Source: Geosiphon pyriformis uo1 (taxonomy: Eukaryota; Fungi; Glomeromycota). From it: a stretch of 64,000 nt of DNA. Position numbers and translations under genes: made by a program. Each line of letters starts with the position of its first letter. Within the stretch, counting starts at the first letter, position 1. This document shows, one piece after another, positions 62,550 to 64,000 of the stretch. The notes beneath the pieces were generated by a model. The model had not been told where the DNA came from. It saw only the letters and a list, made by a program, of their open reading frames with translations, and did not search any database. The stretch covers positions 562,108 through 626,107 of the forward strand of contig JAAOMT010000283.1 of assembly GCA_016748015.1 (NCBI GenBank). The letters are read 5' to 3'.

Positions 62550-63451
62550 AAATATTGGATTGGGTAATTTCAGAATTGGATATTTTCGATGATTTACAAT
62601 TGAGTCAATTATTAATAATTCAGCAACAGATCCTCCAACAAGCGACTTGATTCCAGGAGATTTTCTGACTTGCGATAAAAAAAGAGCTATTGCAGCTTCA
62701 ATATTTGAAATTGTAATTCATAATTTGAATAAAGATTTCAGCATGTAAATGATAGGGGAAAAAGTATATTTTCAATGAGTTAAGCTCAATTTACAAATTG
62801 GTCAACAATTTAACTGGTTAAAAATCATGATAGGGTCAATATATATACATAAAAAACTCTGCCTTGACATTAACAGAAAACTTTGTTTGGGATCACAATT
62901 TGATCTTTACACTTAGCATTTTTCATTAATATGAAGCATACAAAAAATTTCAAACTTTATTTTTAGTTAATATTTTTTTAAAAAGATATTAAAGCACAAA
63001 TTGTGAGCCAAAAATAATTCATTATAAAAGATGAGAAAAAATAATTTATTAATTATCAAATCAAAGTATTAGTTTTACATTTAATTATTAATACTTGATT
63101 GCATATTGTTTATTAATTTTTATATAATTGATCTAAAATTTAAAGCAAAAAATTACATAATAGATGTGATATATATTTGGAATTTAGTTTTAATGTATAT
63201 ATAATTTGCAAATTTTATTATTAAATTTAAATTATCAAATAACTAAAATTATAATATTAATTTTATTTTTTGTTTAATTAAAATATTTTATTAAACTATT
63301 TATTAAATTAAATTAAAATTATTAAAATTATTTTATTTTGGTTAATGGCTTGAAATTCATTTGAATCAAATGTTTTTTGTTTCAATTCAAATATTGGTCT
63401 TTTTTTTTAATAATTTAATAATTTTATTAAACAACAAAACTTTTTAATAAA

Positions 63452-64000
63452 TTTTTATTTAACGAGTGCAGCCTAATCGCTACCTATTACAATACAATCA
63501 CAATAGATTCTAAAATAAGTGTGGCTCATACCCTTACTACACGTGACGAGCTACTCGAGCCGGCCAAGGCTACACTACACGCTTACAGTACCAGAAACAC
63601 CAGCAAACCTAAGAAAACTGTCAGAAAATAACCGCAGACCAATAGCGAGACCAAAGCTGACAAGCCGCCCCCGAGCAAAGCCCACACCACGAACAAATCC
63701 CCATGAGTCAGGCGCCACAATCAAACTCCTTCTCTCACATTCAGGAATTCGGCAACCAAATATTCAGCTTATGGTGCACAGCCAAATCCCGAACAAGACC
63801 CACAATCAAGAGCCAGCCTTGGACACATCCTTTAACACCGAAAGCGATTCAGAAAACCAATCCTTGAAAATGAAACCCTTGGCAATGGCTATATGCACGC
63901 GATCATTCACAGTAGCATCGTACAACAATTGGAGGACGGGCGAGCTCACAAGTGATCAACCCGATGAAGCAACCCACTTATCGCAAACAGTCGGTGATGA
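63452..64000 (-). mobile_element. 3' end of a relatively young LINE (ORF2 C-terminus with a stop and a frameshift, 3' UTR, short A-tail)
   Basis: AIAKGFIFKDWFSE matches the decayed LINE tails (e.g. LYKKLIFNN* near 51215); 3' UTR homologous to 48250-48368; CpG-rich. Confidence 0.75.

Noticed and set aside
63520-63566. GGCCGGC start resembling an HDV-like ribozyme
   Set aside because: No complementary P1 strand or nested pseudoknot could be found.

Overview
AT-rich eukaryotic DNA, most likely from a Glomeromycotina fungus (inferred from the F-box/LRR gene type and the retroelement families). Bases 1-~53,000 are almost entirely decayed retrotransposons. Four Ty3/Gypsy LTR families (named A, B, C, D here) are nested in each other and in fossil RNase-H-bearing LINEs, in the order LINE > D > B1 > A1 > B2 > C1. 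A second full-length A copy (A2, 35554-46411) carries a solo C LTR. All LTRs end TG...CA and have tRNA-type PBS and PPT signals, and all make 4-bp target-site duplications that centre on CpG or its CpA/TpG decay products. Families A and C share the pol layout protease - ~200-aa Cys-rich domain - dUTPase - RT - RNase H - integrase, with no chromodomain. Families A, B and C also carry a homologous, non-membrane extra ORF ('ORF-X') between integrase and the 3' LTR. This combination is the best candidate for an undescribed system. Bases ~53,200-63,400 are host sequence with two intact genes: an S/T/P/N-rich single-pass membrane protein and an F-box/LRR protein. The window ends in the 3' end of a younger LINE with a structured 3' UTR. 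Several N gaps inside C1 are flanked by artefactual duplications. All alignments and translations were done by eye.
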